DNA of 64,000 nucleotides from Ministeria vibrans ATCC 50519 (Eukaryota > Protista > Filasterea): NCBI GenBank assembly GCA_943704425.1, contig CALSCP010001345.1:78370-142369 (forward strand). Direction: 5' to 3'. Position numbers and translations under genes: made by a program. Of this stretch, positions 24,394 through 37,671 are shown in pieces; within the stretch, counting starts at the first letter, position 1; every line of letters starts with the position of its first letter. The notes below the pieces were generated by a model. The model made no database searches, was not told the origin of the DNA, and saw only the letters and a list, made by a program, of their open reading frames with translations.

Positions 24394-27300
24394 TCAAAGA
24401 TCCACGTCATCCAAATCGGGTGGACCGTCCTCTTCCATCTCAGCCAAGTCGGGCGGGCCACTCTCTTCTGAGTCTTTTTCGTCTGCCTTGCACCCTCCTG
24501 CTTCTTCCAATGGCACCCCTCCAAGTACATCAGCGTCCACACTCGCAACCGAACTCCAAGACGACACACTCGCACTGCGCATAAACTGTCGCGCATCCGC
24601 ACTCACATCTGACGCATCTTCGAACTCAATATTGTTCATAAACGATCGACGCGATCCAATGCTGCTGGACGCAGACGGACGCCGAGGCCGACGCACAGCC
24701 TCAGCGAGAGAGGCGGGCATGCGAGGGGCCGTCTTGCAGACAGGCGGACTGGCACTGGCGACTGCAGATGGTGGGGGCGTGGACAGTGAGCCGGGTGTCC
24801 TTGAGGCAGACGCCGCAGGTGATGGAGGCAGGAGGGGCGGTGTGTTGGGTGGGAGTGAAGGGACTGTCAAAGGTGGTGGGGGCAGAGAGGCAGGTGGAGC
24901 GGAAAGGGATGGGGGTAAGGCAGGCGGAACACTCGTCACAGGCGCAAATAGTGGCACAGTCAATCGCACAGGCGGTACACTTGATGGCACAGGCGGTACA
25001 CTTGATGGCACAGGTGGCACACTATCTGGAACAGGTGGCAGACTGACTGGCCGCACAGAGGACACACGTAATGGCGCACTCACTGGCACTGGAACCGGTA
25101 CTGGCAATACTCGTTGACACGCCTCCAGTTGAATTTTCCACTCCGACGCCTCTTCGAGTGCCAACCCGTCCAAATCAACACCACTCCTCATCTCGCTGCT
25201 CTTCCGCCTCAAACTCAACTCCTCGTTACCAAACGAGATCGATTGCGTTCTCCTGCACAGTCTCTCCTCCTCCTTTACCTTCCACTCCTCCAGCGCCCCA
25301 CTCAGTCGCTTCTTTCCCTTCAACTCACTCCCCGACATCACCAAGGTCTCCCCTTCGTCTCCGCCAGACCTCCACTTCACCAACACTTTCTCACACTCCT
25401 TCCAATCACCCCTCCCGCTGCTTTCCCCGCCAATCCTCTTTCCTTCTTTCATCCCGCGTTGCTCACTCAACCGCATCGCCGCCTCAGCCCGTCGCGACGT
25501 CGCCTCCACCAGCTCCCTTTGCACTCGCCTTTCATCATCTTTTCCTTCCTCCATCCCTCTTGTCCCGTCGCTCTCCATTCGTGACAACTCCCGTCGCAAC
25601 CCAATCCCACTCCACGCTTCTTCTGTTTTCTCCGCCTCCTCTCCCTCTCCCTCATCCTTATCTCTCTCCTCCTCCATCTTCCTCCGAAGCACAGCACTTC
25701 GTTCATTCAACTCCCCAATCACTCGCAGAGTCGCCTCCTCCATTCCTTCCCTCCCATCACTCACACTCAAGACAACGCTCACCGTCCCCTCCTCCTCCTC
25801 TTCCTCCTCCTTTTCATCATCAACTTCTAATAATCCTCCATCCTCACTCTTCAATTCCAACTCCAACTCGACGTCACTATCACTAGTGCTGGTCGCCACG
25901 TCAAACGTACCCCCGCCCGAATCACACCCAAAAGCACGGCGCGTAAACTTTTCATAGTCCAATCGTCCGTCAACATCACAGTCCATCCGTTCCACACAAT
26001 ACCGCACAGCCTCCTCATCCCCTTCAAGCATCGCCAACAGTCGCTTCCGCGTCAACATTCGCATCTTCTCCCCGCGTAGCAGCTCCCGAAACCCATCCAA
26101 AACCACCCCCATCGAATCCACCCGCTCCATCTCCCGTCGCACCACGCACTGCATGTACTCACCGCGTCCCAACGTGCCTCGTCGTGCCCCTGCCAACTCA
26201 AACATCGACTCACACTCCCCCTGCTCATCATCAAATCGATAGCCCAGCGACTGCAGTGCCCCGCGAAACTCTCGCAGTGTCAGTCGTCCCAGCTGCGCAC
26301 GATCAAAGTAGCTGAATGCCCGTGATATCTCCTCCAGTCGCTCGTCGCTCACCCCGTGCTTCCCTCGTGCTTCCTCTTGCTCACGCACTACCAACTCCAT
26401 TTGAACCAGCAGTGCCTCGGCCGCACGCCACGCCCGATGCAGCGACTCTACCGTCTGCGTCGTGTACACCCCACCGCCACTCTCGTGCTCCCGCATCGCA
26501 CTCTCCAACGCACACACTCCTTCCAGTGCCGCTCGTTCTCCCTCTAGCTCTCCTTTCAGCTCTTCCACCACCATCAACTGCTCGTCGAGTTTTCGTACCG
26601 CCACACTTGCCCGCCCCACTCGCTGACTAAACGCCGACAGCCACGCCGCAAGACGATCCGCCGCCGCCGCATACTCCCGACTCGCCAGCTCACTCTCCTC
26701 CAAGTCGTCCAGACGAAACTCCAGCCGTACTACCGCACTCTTCAACAGCGTCTCAAGCTCATCAAACCGCCCCACTACCACGTCCCACTCGGCAGTGTAC
26801 GTCGCCCGTCGTCCACCCACCTCCCCACGCAGAGCCTCCAGCCGCGCTATCCGCTCTTCCACCTCCCCAATTGTACTTATCGCCTCACGCTCGCACAACG
26901 CCTCCATCTCATCCTCCATACCATCAAGCCATCCCAACAGTGCACTGCGCTCCCCCTCATTCTCCCGCGCTGTCTTTTCCTGCGCCACACGCAGTGCCCT
27001 CTCCGTTCCAATGTGTTCCAGCTCCGCTGTAAGCTCAGTTAAATACTCATGTATGCTTGCACAATGTCGCTCCGGCAACGCCTCCTCCTCCTCCTCCTCT
27101 TGCTCCTTCCCCAAACGCAACAGTTGCGTTCCTTCCTCCACAAGCGCCACACACTCTGCCTCGCAATCATCTGCGTCGCGCTGGCTAACTTCCGCCTCTT
27201 CAACACTCCATCCTAAAAGTTCTTCCGCCTGCAACTGCCATTCGTCTGCCACTTCAATACGCTCTCGCACACGATCTTCCCGCTGACGCTCGGCCACACG

Positions 27301-30300
27301 CTGCTCTGCCTGTGACAGCAACTGCTCCAGCAACGCATGCGCCTCCGTCACACGTTCCACCACCACTTCTCGTAGCGCCCACTGCGCCATGCGCACCGCC
27401 AGCTGTTCACGCACCGTCTTAAGCGTCTCCGCATCGTCCATTGGCTGACCCATCGTCTCGCGCGCCCACTTTGCTTCTGCGTCGCACTCGCGCCGCAACT
27501 GTCGCTCCCGCTCGCTCTCTGCTCGCTCTCGTTCAACCCGCTCTCGCAAAACCCGAATTGACGCACACAGCGATTGCACGCGTGCTCCTTCCGCCTGCAC
27601 TGCCTCTGAACAGCCTTCGGCCACAATCGCGTCACGCTCGGCCATCTCTGCGCGCTCCACCAGCACACGCAGACACTCTTCGCCCCGCTCGTCAATCATT
27701 CCGTTTGCCACCTGATCGTGCAACTCGTAGTAGTATCGCGTGAGAGTGTTCTCGTGTGCCCGCACGCGTGCCGACACTTCTCCTTCATGCTCGCGCGCAC
27801 TCAGCTGTTCTCGATGAATTGCAATTTCGTGTCGCAGCGCAGCTACAGCCGCCTCTGCCTCGTTTCCTTGCACTCCATACTCCAACTCACCCAGTCGCGT
27901 CTCGAGCTCACTCGTCACCCGATCCAACTGCACCACTGCCCCTCCATTGCCCAGTTCCGCGTGCGGCGCCACAAGCAACTCCGCACGCGCATCCGAAAGC
28001 CACAATTGAAACTCCTGTGCCTCCGCGTCCATCACCTCCTCGGTCCGTCGCTCGTCAATACGATCCAGCTCTTCGTCGCACAATTTCTCCAGGTGCGTCC
28101 ACGCATCCAACACGCGTCCCACAAGTTCATCGGCCGCCGCACTACCCACATGCGTTGCATCTGCTGGCTCCATCTTCTCCGTGTACGCTGCAACATACCG
28201 TCGAATAGTTGCCAATGACGTGCCCTTGTGCGACAGAACGTACTCTACATGCTCAGCACGCGCCTGTAAGTCCCCATGCCCCGCCATCAGTGCCCCCTCC
28301 TGACTTTGCGTCCACTTCAGAACCCCTTCACACTCGTCACGCAGTCGCTCCCATCGCTGTCGCCCTTCCAGCCGTACCTCTATATCTCCCATTCTTCTCT
28401 TGACCGCCTCCAGTCGCGCACGCACCCGTCGCACGCGTGCGTCGTCCACCGCATCACGCTCCAGCTCGTCGCACGCAATCTCCGCCGCACGCATTTCGGT
28501 TGCGTACTCCTCACGATGCGCTCGCAATCGCAACTCGGTCGACTCCGTTGACGGGTCCGTCTCGTCCTCTTGCACATACCGCTCCAATCGTGCACTCATC
28601 GACAGTTCCAATTGCTCGAAACGACCATTGACAATCACACGTCGCTGGCATACACGCAATCGCTCCACAGCACTCTCCCACGCCTTTCGTGTGCACACAC
28701 GTTGCGCGCGTAGTTGTTCCATCAAAGCCACACTCGTCCCGCCTGATCCGCCCTCTTCTCCTTCAACCACTTGCACTGTATTCGCCTGGAACAGCTCCGT
28801 GGCCTGTCTCTCAAGCGACCCAATGACACGCGCGTGCGCCTCAAGGTCACGTGCCATCTCGACGACACTCTCCTCGTCGTTGACAGCACGCTCGCTGTCG
28901 CGTTCCATTGTCTCCCGCAGCTCCAAAAACGCATCCAGTACAGTTTCCACTTGCTTGTGCAGTGCCAGTCGCTCTCGTTCACACATAATGTCCGTCGCAA
29001 ACTGAGCTAAACGACCACGCACCGCCCGATCGCGTCCCAACAGTTGCACATGCAGTGGCTCAGGCAGTGCCTGCAGTGCGACATCTACTTGTCGCTCCAG
29101 CTCACGATGCACACGCTCAATGCTCGCCAGTGGCTCGGTACCCGCTCCTTGCACCGCAGCGTGTGTCAACACGTGTGGCACACTTGCATCGACCGTCATG
29201 AGCTGCTCAAGACACTGACTAACCACGTGTCGCTGCCGACGCAGCTCTCGACGATCTCGGTTCTGCTCCCGCACCTGCGCAAGTCCCGTCTCAACCAGCG
29301 CCAGACGGGCACTTAGCACCTCTACATCCACCGCTGACGTACCCTCATTTGTACACAATGCACTCAACTGCTCGCGTGTCATCGCCGCATCCACTAGGCT
29401 ATTCTCAACCTCTGCCTCTTCTTCTTCTTCCTCCTCCTCCTCCTCCTCCTCTTCGTCTTGCCCATTTTCACCTTCGAGTTCGGATATAAGTGCCCCATTA
29501 GTGTGCACCAGACGATTCAGAGTCTCTTCAAGCAGACCCACTCGCTCTGCAAGCGACTCCAGTACTTCCATAGCTTCCACATGCGCCACGACCCGCTCCA
29601 CTTCTTTCTTGACACACTCCAGCGATTCCGTCACGCGCACTCGTTCGGCGCGCACAAACGCATCGTCACTCAACGTCTCGATTGACGACAGCTTGCTCTC
29701 CACCTCCACTGCGACTGTGCGCGCCCGAGCAACCCCATCGCGATCCACTTCCTGCAGACAAGCTCGCATGCGCGCCACTCCATGACTCGCCTCCTCCAGT
29801 ACTTGTTTCTGCCGTCGCACCACCTGAGCTCGCTCCATCTGTGCCTGAGTTTCCAACAGTGTTGCTTCCAACTGTACCACACTCTGCTCGAGATCTTCGT
29901 ACGCATAGCTCACTTGCTGAAGTGGAGTGTCCCGCCACGCAGAGGGCACATACATCATGGCGGCCGCTTCCATCGCCTCCAGATCACTGCGACGCCCGTG
30001 CACGGTGCTCACCAACATGGTCACTCGGTCCACCACGGCGAGACCTTCCTCCTCCGACGTGTCCACCACTATCCCCAACTGCACGACGCAGGACGCCACG
30101 GTGACTCGCTGTGCCTCACACCACTCGCGCAGCCTCTCTAGCTCACACAGCCACTCCACGTGTGACCGCACTTGCGCGACAGCACTCACTGCCGCCCGTA
30201 TCACTCTTTCCAGCAACTGCCATGCCTCGTGTAGCCGCACCATCCGCTCCATTGTAACCGTGACATCCCTGGTGGTCGCAGGGGCATCATTCGCTAAAAT

Positions 30301-33300
30301 GTGCGCCGCACGCTTGCGCAGTCCCTCCAAACGTTGGCTCTTACAGTGGCCCAGCGTTTGTTGGAGCAACGCAAGAGTCTGTTGTTGCTCGCGTACATTT
30401 GCAAGTTCCTCTTCCATGTCGACAAGAGTGCGCATGGCCGCCACAGCCGAGTGTGTTGCCACCACCGGCACGCTTTCCAGGTGGCGCCGCAGCCACGACT
30501 GCAGTGCCGCCACATCTACTGCAAGCTGCTGTGCCTCACTGCGCCATGCCAACATGTGTTGCACCTCCGTCACGCGCACACTCAGTGGATGCGCGTCACC
30601 CAACACCAATGGTCGAATCTCATGGTCCATCAGCAACGCCAGCTCCCGCTGCAACTGCTGCACACCATCCACACTCTCGAGAGACTCGGCCACAGTCTGA
30701 ATGCTGGAAACACGCGCTATCAAATGATTGGCAGTCGTCTCGGTGCGCCACTGCTGTTCACGCTCCCTCAGCCTGCCAATGTACACACGCAGCGAACTTT
30801 TCAGAGAGTCGCGCGCGGTGACTGTCATGTCACGCAGCTGTGTCCACTCTTCGTGTGCGCGCGCGACAGCACGCTCGTCAGCAAACAATCCCATTTGAAG
30901 TCGTCGTTGCCTGTCAAAACACTCCTCGAGCTGCACGGCCTCGACGCGCCTTAATCGTTCCTGAGCACCCTCTAAAGTGTCATTGCATGCCTCCTCGCGC
31001 GACACCTGCTCCTCAGCCAAACGCGCCAGAGTGTGTCCCGCCTGCTCAAGCACACGTCGCTGCACTGCCGCCTCGTGCAGAAACACAGCAACCGCATGCT
31101 CGTGCGCTGCACAATCTGCCTGACGACGAGCACAATCGCACACACGCGTCCACAGCTCTTCCAGTTCGGTCATAACACGCGACGCCAAAGCATTGCCACT
31201 GGTCACAAGGGTGCGTGATACGCGTCGCAGCTCCTTCATGCGCTCCTGCTCCTCCACCATCACATTGCGCTCGTGAAATTCGCGAAAGCGACGTTCGTTC
31301 ACACTCGCTTGGTGCACCGACGCAGCACTTAGCTCCATACTCGCTAGCGTCTCGAGGTCGGCGAGACGCAATCGAGCGCGTCGAGCGTCGCGCTGAAACG
31401 TGTGCCACGCCACTGTGCTCTCGAGGCGCACGAGCGCCTCGTCCAGCTGATCGCGGGTCTCCGCAACGCGCTGTCGCTCCCCATCCACACACTCAAGCTG
31501 TCGTGCGAGTCGTGTGAGTTCCTGGCCTGCCTGACGCACATCTGTCGCCGCATTGCGCAACACAATCAGATTCTGAGTCTCGTCCGCATTGTGAAGCAGT
31601 TGTGTTGCACGCTCCAGACGCTCTGTGGCACACGCGAGCCACCACGAGAGTTGTGCGTGGGTGGCAGCGCCACTGTCCAACCCCAAAGCAGCTTCACGAT
31701 ACGACGCGCGTCTTGTGTGAGCGTCCAGTCGTCGCACCACCTTGCCCATGTACGCCTGCGTGGCGCGTCCACTCTCAATCAATGCCCAGGGGTCCTCGCC
31801 CAGTGCTTCGCCCACTGCACACAACTGCTCTTGCAACTGGTGCAGTTTGTCGTGCAGCAGCGCACGGTCCTCTTCCAGCGGATCCACTCCAGTCGTATTT
31901 GCGCCGGCCGTCGCACTTGACAGCGTCAGTTGAAGTCGCTCGGAACAGGTGCGCACACGAAACAGTGCCACAATGCCGGTGAGATGCTGTAAACGCACGT
32001 ACGCCTTGGTCTTGAGCTCACCAAACTCACGCACCATTTCGTCGTGTCGCGAGCGCAACTGATCACCGTGAGAGCGCACAAAGAAGACGGAAAACCCCGT
32101 GAGCATTGCGGACGCCCGTGCGCCCAACTCATTGACCGAGTCCATCTTGAGCATGACACTTGCCTCTAGTCCCCGATGGTGCTCCAGCAGATCCTCGTTG
32201 GCCACTTGGTCCGCACCGTACGCCGTCGACTGCAGCAGCGAGTCCATCTCGTGGATCCATGCCATGAGTGCGTCAGCGTCCTGGAGCCACCCGACCAACT
32301 TTGACATCTGCTTCAGCACATTGCTCTTGCCACGTGCCGCAATCTGATTGTGCTCCAGGTAGCGCTTGACCTTGATCAAGAGCTCGGCAGTGCTGCTGCG
32401 CTCAGCTTCTTTGTGACTGCTGGCAGGCAACGCCAGCAACTCGCGCCAACGTGTCTCGTGTGCGGCGAGGGCCGCGCACAGGGCCGCGTGACCCTGCTCC
32501 GTAACGGAGAGTGTCTCAAGCGCGTTGCGATACGAGTTGTCGCCAAGTTCGCCCGACATGGAAACCAGCTCATCGAGGAGCGCCCACAGGTCCTCTTCAA
32601 AAAGCCACACGTCCTGAAGTCGCGTGAGTGCCTCTGTTTGTTGCTCAAGCAGATTTGCAAGTTCGTCGAGTGCACTCAGTGTGGGCTGCATGTAAGCGTG
32701 TACTGCAACGGGCGCCTGCAGCAGCTTGTGCAATGTCGCGCGTCGTGTGTTCACCTGATCCTCGAACGTGGTGAGCTCCGTCAAACGCACGCGTGTTTCT
32801 TCCACACTCTCACAGCCGTGCGGCCCGATGGCACGCACACTCTCCAGTGACATGCGAAGCCAAGCAAGGTGCGAGTCACAGTCGTGTGTCCACTGCTCGC
32901 GTTCGTGTCGTGTGTGCAAGTGTGCTTGCACCTCCGCCGCAGTCGTCTTGATTGTCGCCAGCGCAGTGCGCAGTCGCGGGTCTTCTTCAGTTGTATCCGC
33001 ACGCGCAAGAGCATCGCTCTCAATCTCCTTGACAATCGCTCCAAGATCGTCTCCCTCCGCGGTGCACAAAGCCTCGAGCCGGTCCGTCAGACCTTGCAGG
33101 TGGCGCAAGTCATTGACAATGCGCTGCTCACGCAACGTCGCCTCGCGCGCCACCTGCTCACTGCGCAACGCCTCAATGGCACACGTGTGGCACTCGTTGT
33201 AGTACGCCGAGAGAGCCACATTGTCCAGGTGACGCACAATCTTCGATAGGTCCTCGAGACGTTGCACACGCGACGACAATGTAGACACTGTCGTTTGGTC

Positions 33301-36300
33301 TGTTGTGGGGTAATCCGCCTGCACGATGCGCTCAATCTCGCTGTGCAGTCGTGCCACACGCTCCTGCTCCTCCCACTCGCGACAGGCACGCTCGGCTGCC
33401 GACGCACGCTCCATCAGTTGTTCTTTGAGAACAAGTGCGCGCTCTTCAAGTGCCACTGTGACCGCACGCGACGTACGACCACCGTCAAACTCAGCTTCGA
33501 GGGACGCCACAAGAGCCCGATGGGCGCGCCACTCGGCCAATTCAAAGGGATCGTACGCCTCAAGTGCCGCAAGAGACTCTTCAAGGTGCACAAGCCAGGC
33601 GGTGCCCGTCTCCACCAGTGTCTCGGCGGCACGCGATCGTTCTCGTTCCGCCAGCACACGTCGGGCATTGTCGAGCGCACACTGTGTCTCTTTCGAGGGC
33701 AATGCATTGTGTGCTGCTGTGGCACGTCGAAGCACCGCGTCTATCTCACCCGGCGGCAATGAAGAACCTAGTGCATCTGACAGAGCATCAAAGGCGGTCG
33801 CGACTACGTTGCGCAGTCGCTGTTCACGTCGCATGGCCCCCAGTTGTTCTCGCGCCGCTGTCCGTTCCCTAATACGTGAGCGTGCGTCGTTCATACGCTT
33901 CACAATGCCATCACACTGTTCGTCGAGTGCCGACTGCCAAGCGACCGGAATGGTACCAACAAGGTCAAGAGTGTCGCAACTCAAATGAATCTCGTCGAAG
34001 CGACTCTGAGCCACATTCACCAAAGACTGGCTGAGTTGCTTCTGAGCCCCAAACCACTCTGCAAGCTCGCGTGTCTTGCTCAACATCTGCAAGAATATGT
34101 CAGCGTTGTGGCAAAAGCGCTCGCTGGCATCGCGAGCGGCACACACACTTGACTCGTCGCTGAGATTGTCGTTGGCCATGCGACGCACCAATTTGGCATG
34201 GCGCTCGAGGTGCTCACGGGCAGACGTGGGAGGCACACTGGCACTTGCTGTGGTGTTTTGTTCAAAGCCCTCTTGGAGCTGAGCTGCAAGACGGAGACGT
34301 TGTTCGCGCAGAGCGTCTTGACGTGCGTGTTCTCGTTGCACAATACTCTCCGCAATAGCTGTGCTCACCGTCTTGCGAGCCGTCTCACTGGCTTGGGTGA
34401 GCTTGACATGGGTGTCGAGGCAAAGGCGACGAGCCTCGGCAACGAGACTCGGTAAACGTTCCGCGATACAGACATCGAGGTCACGCTGGACACGGCGCAG
34501 GTGTGTCAGGGGCGAGTGGGTGCCCAATGTGGAGGTAATGGACTGAAACCAGTCGAGTACGGGAGCAGCACGGGTGCGCCAAGCATCACGGTCGAGTGCC
34601 AAAGCGACGGCACTCTTGCACTCCACGAGACGACGCACAAGCTCGGACCAGTGCATGTCGAGCACCGACAGCACAACTAAGGTGGGCATGGCAGTGGTGA
34701 AGGCCAGACACTTTTCAACTGCGTCTTCGAGCAGCAGTGTGTCTTGTTCGACAAGCGCAAGAGCACGCTGAGCCTGTTGAAGCACAGGCAGCGAGGAGGA
34801 CGCTGAGGCAACACGCTCGGACTGCACTAAAACGGTCTCGGAGGCACGCTGAACGCCCGCGAGGAGTCGCTGGGCACGTTCTTCAAGGATGAGAGCACGG
34901 TGGCGCTCGACGATGGCAACACACGCGACGCGGTACTGCTTGGTAAGAGCGACAATGTCGTCTACGAGCGGGCGCTCGCGAGTCGCTGCCAGCTCGGGCG
35001 GCACCTGAGCGTGCAACTGACGCACTTGGTTGACAAGCAGCGCCAAGTCTGAGTCGGCAAATCGGTCGAGGCGGGTACGTAGCATGTCGAGGGCGTCACG
35101 GTCGGGAGGACGACGGCGCGCGAGAAACGAGTCGACGAGAGACGTAAGCCACACGCGTTTTTGTTCGACGGCAGCACGCCACTGCGACAGCCGGTTGATC
35201 AGTGCCTGATGGGGATCCGTTTCTTCACTTGCACGCAACATGGCCGCCTCAAGGTGGTCGTGAGCAGCGGCAAGGCACTCCTTGAGGACACGATGACGCA
35301 GAGTGAGTGAGGCTGCAGTAGTGGTATTAGAGGGAAGTGAGCGAGCGCGCTCTTGGACGCGTTCTAGCTCACGACGCTCCTCGTCCAACTGTTGCTGAGT
35401 GCCGGCGCTCTCATGGATGCGGTTTGATGCAAGACGGGCACGTAGGATGAGACGGTTCAATGCCGCGACCGATTCGTGGTCGGGAAGGGCGGCTGTAAGA
35501 CGACGGAGGCGCTGGTGAAGCGACGCGTCGACGGACTCGAGAGCACGCACAAGCGCAGTGAGACGTGGACGGACCAGGCGCTGGCGGTCCTCGCCAATGA
35601 GATTGGGCTGAGCGTACTCGTGCTGGAGCTCCTCGATGCGCTGACGGTGGGAGGAAAGGTCGCGCTGGAGTGCCTCGACCGAGTCAATGAGCTCACGGCA
35701 AGTGTCTGCGTTTGTGCCTGTTGACGTGGTGTGTGCGTGGCGCCAGATTGTCACACACCAGTCTTCGTGTAACTGAAGACGCACGCACAGGTCGTCAAAG
35801 TGTCGCTGACGTTCGCGGTCGGTGCGCGCTTGTTCCACACACACACTTAAGCGCCCCAATGCGTCGTGAAGCTGCGTGGAGAGCGAGAACAGCGGTGATT
35901 CATGAGTACGATTGAGCGCAGGGTGGGCTTTGGAGCGTTCTAGGAACGACTCAGCAGCGACAATGGCACCAGCAGAGACAGTCTGAAGGGCAGGACGGCG
36001 GTCGGAACGCAGACGGTATTCGTGGCGTGTGGCGTCGTTGAGGAGACGCGACAGGACATGAGCCGTCTCGCGCAGCGCCTGAGCTTCGCAGGTGAGTTTG
36101 CGACGCGAATGGAGCACCGAGAGAAGTTCACACCAATAGGGTTCAAGCTGGGGAGCAGACGCTATGGCACGTTCACGTTGAGACGCCACGTGGGCTGTGA
36201 GAGCGTCAATGTGACGCAATGAGCCCGATGGGTCGACAGCGTGTGAGTCAATGTGGCTGACTGCATCGTTGAGCTGTGCGAGTGAAGTCGCCACGGAGTG

Positions 36301-37585
36301 AAGGAGACGCGCCTGTTGTTTGCGAGCGGCGTTCCGCGCGATAAGTTGCGCGGAACGTGCACGGAGTTGCTGCAGGAGACGCGTTTCGCAGTCGGTGAGA
36401 AACCCCCAGGCAGAGTCGAAGGCGGCACTGCTCAAGGAGGAAGGCGGGGAGTACGCAACGCGCCCCATACTCTGACGGAGAGTCTGTAGCGAGTGCATGA
36501 GGGCGACGAGTGCATGGTGCTCACGAACTCGCTCGGAGACGTGTGTGGTGCGCCAGTGAGCAATGCGGCGGACGAGACGATGGGCTTTGTCGAGGGTGTT
36601 GCAGGTGTCGATGAGACGGGCGGCTTGCTCACTGAGCAGTCGTGTGGCGGCGCGAAGCCAGCAGGCGAGGTGTGTAGCGCGACGTACATACTCGGTCGTG
36701 AGCGACTCGACGTGACGCAGAGCACTGATAAAGCTGCGGAGACGTCGTGAGGCGGCGGCGCGCTGGTGGGCATTGGCAAAGTGATGGTAGTAGGAAGAGA
36801 CGTAGGCGAGAAGAGCGCGCTCGTCGATGGGGAGCGCAACGGAGCCTACAAGGTCGTCGACGTCGAGCAACGATGGAATGGCAAGGTGCTGCTCGGCGAC
36901 GGAAAAGGCCGTCTCGAGAGCGGCACGCGGATTGCGACGTGCCAAGAGACGATGGTAGTCGACGAGGTCCGGTCGGTTGTGATGGAGGATGGCGAGGAAG
37001 GGCAGGCCCGACGCCCACGTTTGCCGGCCCGAGAAGTCGGTGATGCCTGTGATGCCTGGATAGCCATGGGTCTGGCGCTGGCACCAGAGCAGGAGCGCCT
37101 GCTTGGCCGTGCAATCTTCAAACGTGATGGTGTGTATTTGGTAGCGAAGCAGAATGGTCCATAGCAACCCCAGCGTGAGTTTTGCGTTGCCATCGACAAT
37201 GTCCTCGGCTCCAATGTTCTCTAGCTTGACCCCTCGATCGCGCGCAAGGTGATCCAGGACGCTTTGAACGGCGCCAATGTGATGGATTTTGGAGTGACGA
37301 GACGCCGACAGAGTCGCTGACGTGACAACGCCTGGCAGGCTCAGGCCGCTGATGCGCTCAATGAGGGTCCGCAGAAGCTCCCCGTCGCGGCAGTCGTGTC
37401 CAACGTCATTCAGGCGGACCGCTGTTGACGTGAGCTGAAGGAAGGCAAAACACCAAGAACAGTTTGTTGACATTGATGAACACCGCTAAAAAAATCGGAT
37501 CCCAATGTCCTTTTTTTATCGCCATCACACACGCGCGTACCTGTGAGTTGGCCCACTTGACCAAGGCGCGCTGTTGCAGAGACAT
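24394..37585 (-). CDS. Giant spectrin/alpha-actinin superfamily protein (~4,360 aa): CH1-CH2, ~30 degenerate spectrin repeats, EF-hands, acidic/Pro-rich tail; exons 37585-37541 and 37434-24394
   Basis: Exon 1 MSLQQRALVKWANSQ completes CH1. GVKLENIGAEDIVDGNAKLTLGLLWTILLRYQI and ALLLWCQRQT follow. Spectrin repeats include WLQDADALMAWIHEMDSLLQSTAYGAD. EF region GVSDERLEEISRAFSYFD...LDYEKFTRRAF. Confidence 0.9.
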
Positions 37586-37671
37586 CCGAGAGTGAATAAA
37601 TGATTAATAATTACATTATTTTTTTATTCTTTCACAGAGAGTGTCTCAAAATCGATCGTTTCTGTTTTCGC

